DNA of 59,667 bases, filler included, from Catajapyx aquilonaris (taxonomy: Eukaryota): NCBI GenBank assembly GCA_000934665.2. It is 2 parts of 2 records of this genome, joined end to end, with 100 filler letters (N's around TTAATTAATTAA, not from the genome) between each part and the next. Parts side by side here need not be neighbours in the genome. Positions count along the whole stretch, not along the records: positions 29,890 to 59,667 come from KZ539209.1; 1 more part is not named here. One strand, given 5' to 3'. Both the position numbers and the translations under genes were made by a program. This document shows positions 35,335 to 48,202 of the stretch, one piece after another; the stretch's first letter is position 1, and each line of letters opens with the position of its first letter. Below the pieces are notes generated by a model. The model ran no database searches, was not told where the DNA came from, and saw only the letters and a list, made by a program, of their open reading frames with translations.

Positions 35335-36145
35335 CTGATCCACAGTTCAGAAAATTTCAACAACCTGAACAGTTGTAGCGTGTCTGTATTCTTTCAACAG
35401 ATTCGTGACTTGGTTTGTACCTTATTTTGCATTGAATAATTATTATATAGTGTCACATATGGTTGACGGTTCTTTTACAGCCTGGTGACAAGTTTGAGCC
35501 GATTCCAGGGTCAGAACTTCGGATTTCAAGGACTGCTTGCCGTGACAACTCATCTTATTATGAGATCAACGGTATGCGAAACATGTTCAAGGATGTGGCT
35601 GCTTTGCTTAGGCAGCATGGAATTGACCTGGATGGCTGGATCACAATCGATTCCTCATTTTGCAGGTGTGTACTTCTTGTAGTTTGTATTTCACACATAT
35701 TTGAAGATAATTATAATGACTAATTTAATATGCTTTCTTGTCTAGGGAGAGGTTGAGCAAATTGCTCTGATGAAAGCAAAATCTGTCAATGAGCATGAAA
35801 CTGGCATGTTGGAGTACCTAGAGGACATAGTTGGGTCAAATCGTTTGAAAGAACCCATAGTGGAATATATTACAGGAATAGTGGAAATACTAAGCAACAT
35901 CCGCAATGAACAGATGCAGAAGCTAAAGATCCTGGGCCAAGAGACGCACGTACTCCAGGCAGAGAGAGCTAAGGCATTTGCCTACCTTGAACTGGAGAAC
36001 AAGCTGGCCAGATTTCGTGGGATGGTTACTCTTAATTTATTAGGATTTATTGGGACTACATATTTTCAAACATGAGATTTCACTCAATAAGTTTTGCAAA
36101 GCCAGCATGTAGCTAAACTGAAGTAAATTATTAACCTCCTTGTGC

Positions 36146-36471
36146 GCCGAATGTAATTGTCAGTGATGAGCACCTCTTACAAAGATCCATAAGGTGTAAA
36201 TGATGTGCAGATAATAAATTATGAAGTGCAATTTAATAATACATTGTTGCAAGTGACAGTTGTTGTTTAGGAGTACTAATTACTTGATGTTCTTTAACAG
36301 TAACAAAAGCCGAATATAATAGTTGTCATTGATGAGGAGCGCCTCTTAAAAAGATCCATAAGGTGTAAATTATGTGCAGATAATAAATTATGAAGGGCAA
36401 TTTAATAATACGTTTGTTGCAAGTGGAAGTTATTTAGGAGTAATTACTTGATGTTTTTTAACAGTAACAAA
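36146..36471. repeat. Tandem duplication (~163-bp unit) of an SMC4 intron end including the acceptor
   Basis: gccgaat...gatccataaggtgtaaat...tttaacagtaacaaa occurs twice. Confidence 0.85.
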
Positions 36472-37588
36472 CGTACTCCCAAACTTGTGAAAATTGAGAA
36501 AGATGCAGAAGAAGTGGGGCAAAAACTGGCAGAGGTGCAAGAGAAGTTGAAAAACATGACTGCCATGAGGCCATGGCGGCTGCAGCAAAGTAAGTATAAT
36601 TGCTTCTGTGGGCTTGGTTGATGTCCAAAAAAGGAAAACATTGTCTAACTGGCTTTAATTTGTAGGGAGTGTGGAAGCCGCACTCGGCAGAAGGACCAAC
36701 TGCATGCTACCTTCAACAAACTGGACAAAGAGTGTTTTAAGATTACAGAGGATATGAAACATCGTAATGAGCAGTGCAAGAAAAATCAACACAGTTTGCT
36801 GGAGGCAGAGAAGAAAAAGGTCAGTGTGATGCACTTTGTGGATGACCCATTATGGCCAATGAGGCTTCTGCAAACCTCTTACTATCTCAGGCTGTTTCGA
36901 ATTCTTCTTATAAAATTTAGCTCAATTGAAGCAGTGAGAATCAGAAGTTGTTAAGTCCATTTTCCCCATTTTTCAGGAGAGCAGTTTGAAAGTTTCACGT
37001 AATGTTTGACATACCTTTCTTTGACATTACAGTCTCGGTAATTTTTATGTGATATCACTACGATTGTAAGTTAATATAATATAAATATGGAGTATCTAGT
37101 GCCCACACTGCAGGAGAAAAAAAAATTTCCGTCTTGGACTTTAACAACTTCTGGCTTGCAGAAATTTTGTGTTAATTTTTAAAACACTAACATGAGAAAA
37201 TGCAGGGAAATAATATCTCCTAAATTAATTTTAGTCCCTTTATTAGGCCTGAATGTGATGACAATAATTCTAAATACATTTTTTATGAAGGCCCTTTTTG
37301 GACTTTTCAACATCTGGCACGAATTTTCTCTGCAGTGCTAAGAGTATCCCGGTCTGAAAAGGGGACTTGTAATCATCTGGCTGGGATAAAACATTTTTCT
37401 ATGAACGTATGCCTGATATAGAGGCCTAGAATTTGCCCTTATCTTAAAATCGCCAAAAATGGACTTAGCAACTTCTGGTTATCGCTGCTTCAAATATTGG
37501 AAAGAGGCTAATAGAACAGTTTCAGGGCTTGAACAAAAAAAAGGGGGGGGGGGGGATTTGCATACTTGTAACACTTGTAATACTTGTA

Positions 37589-37925
37589 CAATAGAACCCC
37601 CATTATCCGTCACCCATGGGACCAGGCATGGTCGGAGCACAAAGAAAGGTCGGGTAATCCGAGGAGCAAGGAAAACCTTAATAAAGCACAAAAAAAAAAT
37701 CCGGACATAATGTACACTGTTACTGACTTCTAAAAAACAGAGAAGTATTTATCTTTTACATGTACAGATTGCACACTCTACTGTACTGTATTTACCATTT
37801 AACTAAAGCAATAAGAAACAAATGCATAGTAGCCCACATTACAGGGTTTGGTGAGAATAATATATTTATTTGTGAAGGTGGAGGGGTCAGATGAACCGAA
37901 GAGTTGGATAATCGGGGTTCTACTG
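37589..37925. mobile_element. Tigger/pogo-like MITE in an SMC4 intron
   Basis: TIRs caatagaacccccattatcc / ggataatcggggttctactg, TA TSD. Confidence 0.8.
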
Positions 37926-40900
37926 TAATACTTGTAAGTGAAAGGATATTAATTCCAGTTTGTACTTTTGCTTTGATAGCTGGAAGTGCTGCAGAAAGTT
38001 TCTAAATGCAATGCAGATGAGATTGAAATCTTGACTGGTAGGAAGGAGTTGACTCTAATAATTGACCAGCAGAAGGCACAAAAGGACTACCAGGTTGCTA
38101 TCCTAGGTCTGAGACAAGAGACCAAAGACTTGCAAGACCAGAAGGAGGTGCAGGAAAACAGGCTGCTGGTACTTCAAAAAGACAGGAATGACACTAAATG
38201 TGTGGTATGTAGATTAGATAGTACATTATTTTGTATTTTTCCATGCATTAACATTTTAGTTTGACATGTGTAGAATTTAATCCATGTGAACAGGTACAGC
38301 TATAAGCTCAGGAAGATGGACACATATCAAATTGCTGATATCTATGCTCCAACACAAATGTCCTAATGATTGTTGACTTTCTGTATCGTGTTATTCCCTA
38401 GTTTGACCTGGCCCAGTCAGAGTTGCAGTTGTATCTGAGCCCAGAGAAATCTGCAAAGGACAGGCTGGAGGAGCTGAAGCACAACCTGACTGAGGCAGGA
38501 AACAAATTTGCCAGCCTCAATGCTAAAGTGGTGGAGATGGAAGCGAGGATTCCGGAGCTGGAAGTCAATATGAAGAAGGGTGGGGCTGATTTGAAAAAGG
38601 TAGCAGAGGATGTTGCCGCAGCTGAGGCAGAACTCCAGAGAAAGCAAGCGGCCATTGGGGAGGTGAGGTCTGCACAGCAGAGTATGCAGAGCAGGGGCAG
38701 GATGCTCTCAGAATTGCTGGAGCAGAAGCAAGAAGGGAATCTTCCAGGAATCTACGGACGATTGGGGAGTGAATGAAGCTTCCCGCATGAGGCCCTCTTA
38801 CATAATACATTTTGGATGTATGCAGCCTCTGTGCCCTTTTTTAAAATGGGCTGCCTTTCTCTGGAATGCATGACTAGGATGTGGGCCAATAGAGGGGACA
38901 AAACATTGTTATAAGGTCATAAACCTGACCTTGTTATGGTCAAGTAGAGCAGATCTGTGACCCTCAGGCTACTACATTTATAAACATATTGGAGAATTTG
39001 ACCTGATAGCTAACATGTACTGTATAAATATTCGCATGTAATGCCAGTGTATTCATTCCTTAGGGTGACTTGGGTGCTATAGAGCCGAAGTATGATGTGG
39101 CAGTCGCTACTGCTTGTCCTTTCCTGGACGACATTGTTGTAGACACAGTGAATACTGCTCAGAAGTGCATTGAGTTTCTGAAGAAGAACAATCAGGGAAA
39201 AGCATCATTCGTCCCTCTGGAAACACAGTAGCACATTCGGGCACTGTACAAAGCAAAATTCAGGCCGTGAGTTGAATTACACTTTGTCAATGTGGCACCA
39301 CATACCATTTGTGCCGTCCTTGAATGTGGCATTTAATAAGTGTTGGATTTTTATTATACTTTCAGCCCTGAGAATGTACCTCGCTTGTTTGACCTGGTGC
39401 GTGTGGAAAATGAGACTATCCGACCTGCCTTTTACTTTCGTCTACGTGACACATTGGTTGCCGATGACCTGACCCAGGCCATGCGCATAGCTTATGGTCA
39501 AGTCCGTTACAGGGTGGTCACCCTCAAGGGGGAGTTAATTGAGACATCCGGAACTATGAGTGGTGGTGGAGGCTGGCCAAGCAGGGGACTGATGGGCCAT
39601 TCTGTGGTGTCAAGCCAGGGTGCAGCATCTCCAGGTGAGAGTCACTGCCTGCAGAAACAAGTAGATGAGCTTATGGGGAAGGTATGGGCTCTGAGGGATC
39701 ACGAGGCCCTGCTGGAAGAGGAGGTGTCTCGGATGGAGAGGGAGGCACAGACTCTGAGGAGAAAAGTACAAAGGTCCAGAATGGAGGCACAGGTAACTGG
39801 AGATCAAGAAAAAAGGCTGCGGGAGCAATGAAGGAGCAGGAGAAGAGGGTTAAGGAAACCAAGCCTGACGAAAGGAAGGTCGCCCAGATGGTGGCTGAAG
39901 TTAAGAAGACAAAATCTGGTGAGTGTTGAGTTTGAATTTTTAATATGGACATAAATGCAGTAAAACCCTACTGCGATGAATCTCGGGGGTCTGAAATAAG
40001 AGGATTTTAGCGCAATGGGTTTCTGCCTCTTTCTACACTCTCCCTCGGCTTCATTAAAATGTGTTCATTACCATTAATAAGGAGATTGTGTAGCTATTGA
40101 ATAAATATGTAACAGCTAGGTGTGTGGACAGCTTTAAGAGAAAAGAATTGCTTTTTGGAAGTTGCTTCACTAATCATGGACTGTTCCATCAATCACTGTG
40201 CCTTTTTTTTACACAAGACCTTTGGTGCTTCCAGCATATGAGAAGGCATCAGGGAAGACTGAAAAGATCCAGGAAGAAGTCACCCGTTTGACCAACAAGA
40301 TCCAAGATATCACTAAGAACCACATGAAGCCAGTGGAGAATACGCTTAAGACTGTCACAAGTAAAGTGGAGAAGGTGACCGGGGCCTTTACAAGCCTAAC
40401 GGTAGCGATCAAGACTTCCAAGAGGAATGCAGCGAAGAGCCAGGAGAAGATCAACAGCCTGGAGGTGGATGTGTCCGAGGCAGCCCTCCAACTCCAGCAC
40501 ATGAGTGAGAAGAGAAAGGAATTGGATTCTGAAGGACAAGAGTTGTTAGCCAAAATGGAGGTTTATCGCAGTGAAATAGAGGAGTACCAAGCTCGTCTTG
40601 CAGAGCTGAATCAGGGTAAGGAGGAGCTGGCTGGCATGGAGAATGAATCAAAGAAGGAATCCATTGACCTGGAGGCAAAGAAGTCGGAACTGACAAAGAA
40701 AGTGAGTGAGATTAAAACTGGGATCGATTCCCGGAAGAAGCAGTTAAAACAACTGACGGTGCACAATTTGGAAACAGGACAGGAGACACCATTGGAAGAG
40801 GTGAACTCATTTTATTTGTGGTCATCTGTTGAGAGGGGTCAACTTGTAAGCAAAGGTTGGAAGTGCTTCTTGTTTGTTTGTATAGCCAGTTGTTTCCTGT

Positions 40901-42252
40901 GGCCGTCACAATGAAACCTTATGCTGGCAATGACCTGAAGAGTCAGCATGACAGATTACATCTCCTACAGTTCAATTGGTCAGCTACATTTCGGGTGGGG
41001 TACCAACCACATCAAGTTGTGCAACTGCATGCAGTATTATTAAGTTGCATTATAACCATTAATACAAGTTCAAGGAGCATGCTCTTATTTTAAGGAGAGT
41101 AATTCTATCAGTGTAGAAGTGCTTACAACTGTCCATTGCTTCCTGATAGTTGGAACCAGAAAGGCTAGATGAAGTGGATGAAACCCATATCAGCAACCAG
41201 GTTACAAACATTGAGGAGGAGCTGAAGAGCATGCATCCAAACCTGGGCGTGATTGCTCAGTATCAAACGAAGGAAGATGATTACCTGAAGTGTGTGTCTG
41301 CACTTGAGGCGGTCACAAGGCGATGGGACATCCAGATGCTGCAATGTGATGATCTGCGCAGACAGAGGCACAGGGAGTTCATCTCTGCCTTCGGAATCAT
41401 TACTGCAAAGCTAAAAGAGGTGTACCAGATGATCACGTTAGGTATGGATTTCAAGGAGTTACTTTATGGGGTCACTTACACAGTACCAAGGATGTTCAGC
41501 CAGGTCCACTATTAGGTTGCTCGATGCAGTGCTAAACATAACTACAAACAATGTAACCTGATAGTACAGACATTATATCCTTGTTGGCATTTAGTAGCTT
41601 GGTAGTGGACCAGGTCCAATATCCTCAGGTCTGTATAAATGACCCCCTGTTCCATATCTGCTAGGAATTCGCAGGAATTTGAATAATATTTCATTGGCTT
41701 GCGTTAATATAAAGTTGCTTGTTGATTCCTGTCATTAGGAGGCGATGCTAATATAGCTCATAAACACTGCATAATGAAGAAATATTTTAAGTTATGTTCT
41801 TTTACTATTTTTCTAGTATTTTATTGTAAGTTATTTATGATATTAACATGAGATTTCCATCAGTACATTGTTTCCATTTGTCACACCATTTGCAATAATT
41901 ATATGTCACATCATGTGTAACGATTCAGTACCATAACAGAAAGAAATTATTAAACAATATCTATGCAGTTTTTGTGCAATTTATTCCTTCCAAGTGTCAT
42001 TTTTAGCAATTTCTCAAGCCTACAACGTGGACCGGACATGAAAGTGACCTGCAGCACCTCGAAGTGACCTCCAAGGTCACGGGGTAAGGCCGTGGCCAAA
42101 GTATTCCAAACCCCCAGCAGCCCCCACCCCCGTCCCCCCTTTCTGTAGCCACGGATACGGTACCGTATCACGATTTAGTTCGGAGAGTAAACCGATAGCG
42201 GCGCCACCAGCAAAGCGGGGACGAATTTTTAGTATTGAGTTTCCCATCTAGA

Positions 42253-42743
42253 GGGTAGTCGTAATCTGTGGTTCGTACCAGGGTCACCTCCATGAGTGCC
42301 TCCCCCACCTAGACAGGGTATTGTCTCTTCGGCATATTGGAGCTAAATCAGATGGGATCTGCATGCAGTGAAAAAATGCCTTGATTTTTTTTTTTTTTTG
42401 ACGCTTGCCAATTTCCTATCCTCCAGCATGCAATCTAGCTCCAATATGGACGCCCCATAAGGACTACGTGGAGGCAACCATGTAGGGGACCCTGGTTCGT
42501 ACTACCCGTATCCATGAAAACCTCTCTTGGAGGACATTGTTGAACTGCGCGCAGTTGTCCGGGAGTGGGTTCGCCGAACCACCAAAAAGTGGTTCCTGAA
42601 GGGCCTAAAGATGCTGGACCATACCATCAGTGGCGCCAGTGCATTCGTATCCAGGATGATTCTCTCGATAATGTGCGCCTACCTTCTGCATGAACCCTGC
42701 ATTTGTGGCAAAGAATAAAGTGTCAATCATTTTGGTGTGCCCT
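42253..42743. mobile_element. Degenerate palindromic MITE (42253-42508) followed by a mariner 3' remnant
   Basis: gggtagt..gtaccagggtc / gaccctggttcgtactaccc arms; ELRAVVREWVR...WFLKGLKML resembles a mariner C-terminus and ends in gccctc. Confidence 0.55.
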
Positions 42744-45507
42744 CAAAATAGTGCACATTTTTGAAGGAATTGTGCGCTTTGAGCCAAAAGCGATTTAATT
42801 TTTTTCCCGCCTTCCAGGCATCATGTGGAGTATTTTATGGCTGGAGTCACCACCAAAATTGCGGATAATTTTTTTTCTCTCGCAAATGTTTAAAACATAT
42901 ATTAAGTGATATAATTGGACATAATAGATGCCACGTCATTTTCTCTCTTTAACGAATATACATATACGTAACTAGGTTCCCACTCTCAGAGTGGATTCCA
43001 ACAAGGTCAGGCTTTCACAGAGAAAATTACATGTAAAAAAACAGAACTTACTTTTATCATCATCAACATCATCAAATTATTTTCTGACCGCCACATTTAC
43101 AGCGAGTTTAGGAAGTCTTTTTTACAACATAGATTTAACATCACTATCTGCAAAAGTGGGTTGAATAGAACGTAGTTTACTATTTTGACACAATTTCGTG
43201 AATAAATAAAAGCAGGACGGGTAAGACAGGCAAGACATGTCTTTTCTGGCAGCATACAATGTGTGGGCGCGACCCAAAATGGGGTCGCGACCGCAAAATG
43301 GAAAAGAACCCATAGAATAGTGCAACTGGATCCGCCACTGAACATGGCCGATAGTTTGGGAATTGTGAGAACTTGTCTGCCAGTGTTTTGGCATCTCTCT
43401 TGATCTCGGCTACACGGATGGCCTTCAGGTGACTCAGAAACTGCATGTAACTTACATGTACCGGTGGTCGGACAGGAACTTGTCGGTCAGGCTGTTCTCG
43501 TTGGTCATCCGGAAGAATCGTTGGAACATATGGTACAGAGCTTTGGGCGCAGGGGTCTAGTCACAGGCAACAATATCATGTGAATCCTTGCACCATTATA
43601 TAAGCAATAATTTTGGTTGGAAGTCACTTTGTACAGTATGGTACAGACACACTTTGGGAAATACAAGAAATACTAACTCATGACATTGGTTTTCATGGCA
43701 ACAATGACCAGAAATTGTATTGCAGTTCTTATTAGACTACTGTAGTGCTCTCTGGCGCGTACAGGTTGATGGGTAGGAATCGGGGGTGGTGGTTGGGGTG
43801 GGGGACCAGGTGAAATAATGTCACAGGGGCTTGCTAATCACTTTCTCTCTATTTCCGAGTTGCCTCCACCGTCTTACAGTAAGGCTCAGCTCGAACTGCC
43901 TGTCTGCCTTGTGCCTTCCCCCCACCCTGCTGCACACAAATTCCAGAAGGGTCCCCCTCTCCTAAAACAAGCCACCCTTCTTCTCATTCTCCCCTCCCCT
44001 CCCTCGACCCCCACAGGCCTCCGAAAGAGGGGAACACACCCAAAATCTGGACCAAACAGGCCAAGCACTACACTACCTAATTATTATTTTTCGTAACGTA
44101 ACACTTGTGTTTTACATTCAGATGGAAGCACTTTTTGGTGTTATGGGAAGCGAGACAGACTCAGAAGTGGACTCTCCTCCTTCAACCATTCCTCCAACTC
44201 TGTCCCACTCCCCAAGTCCTACTGTTGGTACAATGTCATAGGGCCCTGTCCTCACTCCAGTAAAAAGGCGGACGAGGGGAGTCCAGTAGAAGGCCCGCGA
44301 CAGTGCTGATGTTGATACCGAGATATCACGGATGGGCACATTTTAAGTCTGACTGAATATTAAATTTCATATTCGTGCCTTTATAATATTGCAGGGTTGT
44401 TATGGAAAAAGTTGAAACATCAGGGATGGTCAAATTTATTGACGAAGTGATGAAGCAAGTTCCACAACAGCTAGTATAAGAAACGCCGCATATACAGGAA
44501 GTGATGGATGTAGGCTACTCAGAAAGTATACCGATGTGGAATAAATATATTGTGCTAGTGAAAGGTGAAACAGATTAAGGACTTTGCTTCAACCCCTTCT
44601 GACTACCTGTTACATACTATGACCAAGCTATGACCTAGTCCTAGTGCAAATGAGTCTTGAAAAATATGTACAGTTGGTTCAAGGAGTATCTTACCACACT
44701 ATACCAAGAAATCAGCCTCCAACAGAGGTACTGCCTCCCCCTGATGCAATAACTCGCACTCCCCTAGGCAGCACCTCTGTCAGGCTAATTTCTTGGTCTG
44801 GTGTCGAAAGATAGGCCTACTCCTTTCACGGACTGCACTTCTATTTTACACCTGGAAACCACCCCATCCTGACTGCCTGCTGTGCCATGGGCATTTTTGC
44901 GGCAACGAACCGAGGTTCGGACGATTTTTAACAATCTTTCCAAGAAACTTTCATTGCTATTTGCCATGCTTGTGGAAAACCTTTGTGGATTCTGTTTTTT
45001 CTATCGAGTTCCAGGTATAGAGAGGACTACAATTTGCCACAAATCCGACACGTATGTTTCATTCGATAGCGCCAGAGGAGAGAGAACAAACACTGTAACG
45101 AACCAAGGTTTTGAGGACACGCATTTCTGCACCGTGTTATACACTGCGTAATAACTCTGCGAATTCTGATTGGTTATAAGGGCAGTATAGAGATGCTCTA
45201 GCGAAGAAAAGTGTGAGGAATCCATTGGTCACCTTGCCGTACCGGTATCTGCTTATATTTGCATCGTAGCGCAACAGAACACGCGGTAACGAACCAAGGC
45301 GTGCGATTATCTGCCAATGCAACGTACAGAACCTTTTCACTGGTAGTATTTGTTAGCTGTTTTGCCACTTCAGGAAATAACAGGATACATTTGCACGCCT
45401 GACCAGTCAACCTGAGGATTCTCATGTATCGGTCGCGATTGAGATGGCTGTATGACCTGGCCATCGCTTGCCACCCCATCATGAGACATTAGAGACAATG
45501 CCGTGAT

Positions 45508-46173
45508 CAGCGCCGGATTTACGGCAAGGGAACCTAGGCAGTTGCCTAGGGCGGCAGATTTCAAGGGGCGGCAAATTTAGGCATACAAAAAAAAGTAAAC
45601 GAAAAATAAAAAATAAATAATTAATAATAATAACAATAATAATAATCCGGGGTAGGGCTGACCTCATCAGAGGTATGTAGCACGGACCTTTATTTATTTT
45701 TGTCGTGTACATTGGAGCCTTTATACGTAACGCCCGGGCCCACGGGCAGGATGACAGGAGGGGATGTGCAAGGTGCAGTGCAATGTCTTAATGTGGCCAT
45801 TTTTAGTGAACTCCCCCGGGTGGTTTAGTCTGTAGGAAATACCACCCGAGACGAAGCCAGAGGTGACCCAATGAACTCTGCACGAGATGAAGGGGGTGTC
45901 CCCGGGTTGGGATCGAACCCGGGACCTTAACATCCGTGGGCGCGTACGTTACCGCAGCACCACTTCGCCTCCCAATAATAAATAATTACGCGACTTGAAG
46001 CAGCGCCGGATTTACCATTATCAGAATAGGCGGCCGCAAGTTGCAATAAATATTTTTCAAATAGGCTACAATAATAGGAAATAAAGGCGAAATCATTTGA
46101 AAATTTAAAATATTTTGCTGGGGGGTTCCCGGTGCTGGCTTTGCCACTAGGCAGAAAAGCCTAGGGACGGCCT
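45508..46173. mobile_element. hAT-like element remnant (CAGCGCCGGATTTAC termini) interrupted by a SINE
   Basis: cagcgccggatttac at 45508 and 46001; GCCTAGG subterminal motifs at both ends. Confidence 0.5.
45647..45973 (-). mobile_element. tRNA-derived SINE (family B)
   Basis: Reverse-complement homolog of 28165-28510 (gctgcggtaacgta.gcgcccacggatgttaaggtcccgggttcga); AATAAT-rich flanks. Confidence 0.9.
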
Positions 46174-46282
46174 TAAGTTGAAAGAGTTGAAAATATAAAT
46201 TTTTGTATAAAATTAATGAAATGAAGGAGAGAACTCGACAAAAAAAAATGCAAATTTAAGCGGCATGGGGGGGGGGGGGGGG

Positions 46283-46456
46283 NNNNNNNNNNNNNNNNNN
46301 NNNNNNNNNNNNNNNNNNNNNNNNNNNNNNNNNNNNNNNNNNNNNNNNNNNNNNNNNNNNNNNNNNNNNNNNNNNNNNNNNNNNNNNNNNNNNNNNNNNN
46401 NNNNNNNNNNNNNNNNNNNNNNNNNNNNNNNNNNNNNNNNNNNNNNNNNNNNNNNN
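46283..46456. other. Assembly gap
   Basis: Run of N preceded by a poly-G tract. Confidence 0.95.
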
Positions 46457-48076
46457 AACAGCAAATGGCAATATTTGGCTCGTAAGTACAAAAATGATCT
46501 CGGGCAGTTTTTTTTTTTTTTCTCGGGCAGTAGGATACAAGGAAGTTCATCAGTATGTCTACCACAGATACGTTACCATTTCGTGAAATGAAAGAAAAAT
46601 ATACCTTCTTGACATGATTAAATCTAAATAAACTCACGCAGATGTGTCTTTCATTTGATTTCAACACAAGAAATTCATATCAGTGAACAGAGTGTGAATA
46701 TTATTCTCCACAGGCGGACTCTTCAAAACCCCTCAAGTGCATTGTTATACTGACTGTGGGGTTTTGTCTTACCAGCAGACTCATAGTGGACCACTAAGTT
46801 CTGGGCAAGTATCCTGCACTATTTGTTAAGGAAACTGAGGAAATGTAGTTTCAATGAAAAACCAGACAGTGCCACCATATAGTTCACTGTAACAAACTGA
46901 TCTTCTATTTTTAAACTCCCAGGAGAAGAGAATATTACTATGAGAGAGGATTCTATTCCATATACAAATAATCTGTCAACACCACTATGAATCCCTGAAT
47001 CGTTCGTGGCATGCGTTGCAGCTGACAAGGTGTAGTTAGGCCTTTCTGATGCATCTAGTGAGTTTGGGGACTACTACCGTAGGTATGTCACTATGATGCA
47101 CCAAGATTGTGTTCATACCGGAAGTAACTATACCGCTGTCCTCCAGAGAAGACCAGTGCTGGGTGTCACTTCACAAAATAAATTCTCCGCACTGTGCAGT
47201 GAAATATTGACATGGTAACGAGATTTTATACAATTTTCATGTGCATGGCATTTAAAAATATACGGTGTTGCTGGTAGACTTAAACTTCGTGACATGTAGT
47301 GACAGCAGAGGAAGCGACTATGACTTGACGTGACTTGAAATTTTTCAAATTTGTTTCTTTACTGTTAATTTTTTATGAATTTTTAACAACTTGGGTGTTG
47401 AGGTATTCTTGCAGTATTCTTGTACATAGTTGAAACTTGCCAGAAACTTGCCCTATGCAATACACCTCCAAAATTAATGTGGCGGAACAAAACGTGATTA
47501 TTTGCTGCAGTCGCGCATGCGCATACCCAGTTTTAGAGCCTGATGGTGTATACCGGTCAGAGAGCCAATCAGAGACGAACATGACGTAAGTGATTGATCT
47601 GCAGAAGTTTTATTAATATATTTTAAGAGATGTCATAATTTAAATAGTATGGTTTGAATACGGTACCTGGAATTTTTCTCTTTAGGTGCCGATAAAACCA
47701 AGCATTTCAGTTTTCTGCTGAGGTCAATGACATCTATTTTGCATTGGCAACACTGTCGCATCGACATTCTAATAGTGTTCGCATCGGTTCGCATACAAGT
47801 CAGGATCGGTGCGGTGCGGTGATTGTTCCTTCTCGGTTGCCAGATTATAGAGAGATGTCAGGCGCTGCCGATGCTGGAGGAGATGCAGCTATCATACTAG
47901 CTATAAGTAACGGCGAGGTAGGTATCCGGGTAGTGGGAGTTGAGGGTCACGAATGGGGGTTGGGTTGGACAAGGGTCAAAGGGAGTCATTTAGACAGCAT
48001 CAAGTAAACTGGATGCGGTTCACTCTGCCTGTGATGCCAGCATGGAAGAATTCCATTGGTAGTTTCAGCTTCGACT

Positions 48077-48202
48077 CAAGGGGGTAACAACTCCCCAAAA
48101 AGGTGCTGTTCCACCCGGTTCCAGGCCGGTTCCAGACCGGTTCCAAGCTGGTTCCAGCGGGACCCTGTACAGCACCTGTTCCACGAAATTGTTACCCCCT
48201 TG
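48077..48202. mobile_element. 126-bp MITE (CA...TG termini, 8-bp TSD; hAT or P-like)
   Basis: TIR CAAGGGGGTAACAA / TTGTTACCCCCTTG; TSD CTTCGACT; internal CCGGTTCCAG tandem units. Confidence 0.88.

Larger units (their letters stand above)
34396..41749 (+). pseudogene. SMC4: Condensin subunit SMC4 (CAP-C), multi-exon, disabled and 3'-truncated
   Basis: Walker A GPNGSGKS in exon 2, GIDLD/HNRFLILQ|GEVEQI, GMLEYLEDIVG, hinge PGIYGRLG...YDVAV and RVVTLKGELIETSGTMSGGG, then KLKEVYQMITL|GGDA. Lesions: 13-bp insertion 34538-34550, 477-bp transposon 34858-35334, 8-bp insertion 35634-35641, TAG at 39229-39231, 1-bp frameshift ~39828; signature and Walker B region absent after ~41749. Confidence 0.92.

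Noticed and set aside
44121..44760. Exon-like Ser/Pro-rich reading frame after an acceptor
   Set aside because: Several in-frame stops and no recognisable homology.
46173..46667. ORFs spanning the N run
   Set aside because: Artefacts of the gap and the adjacent poly-G.
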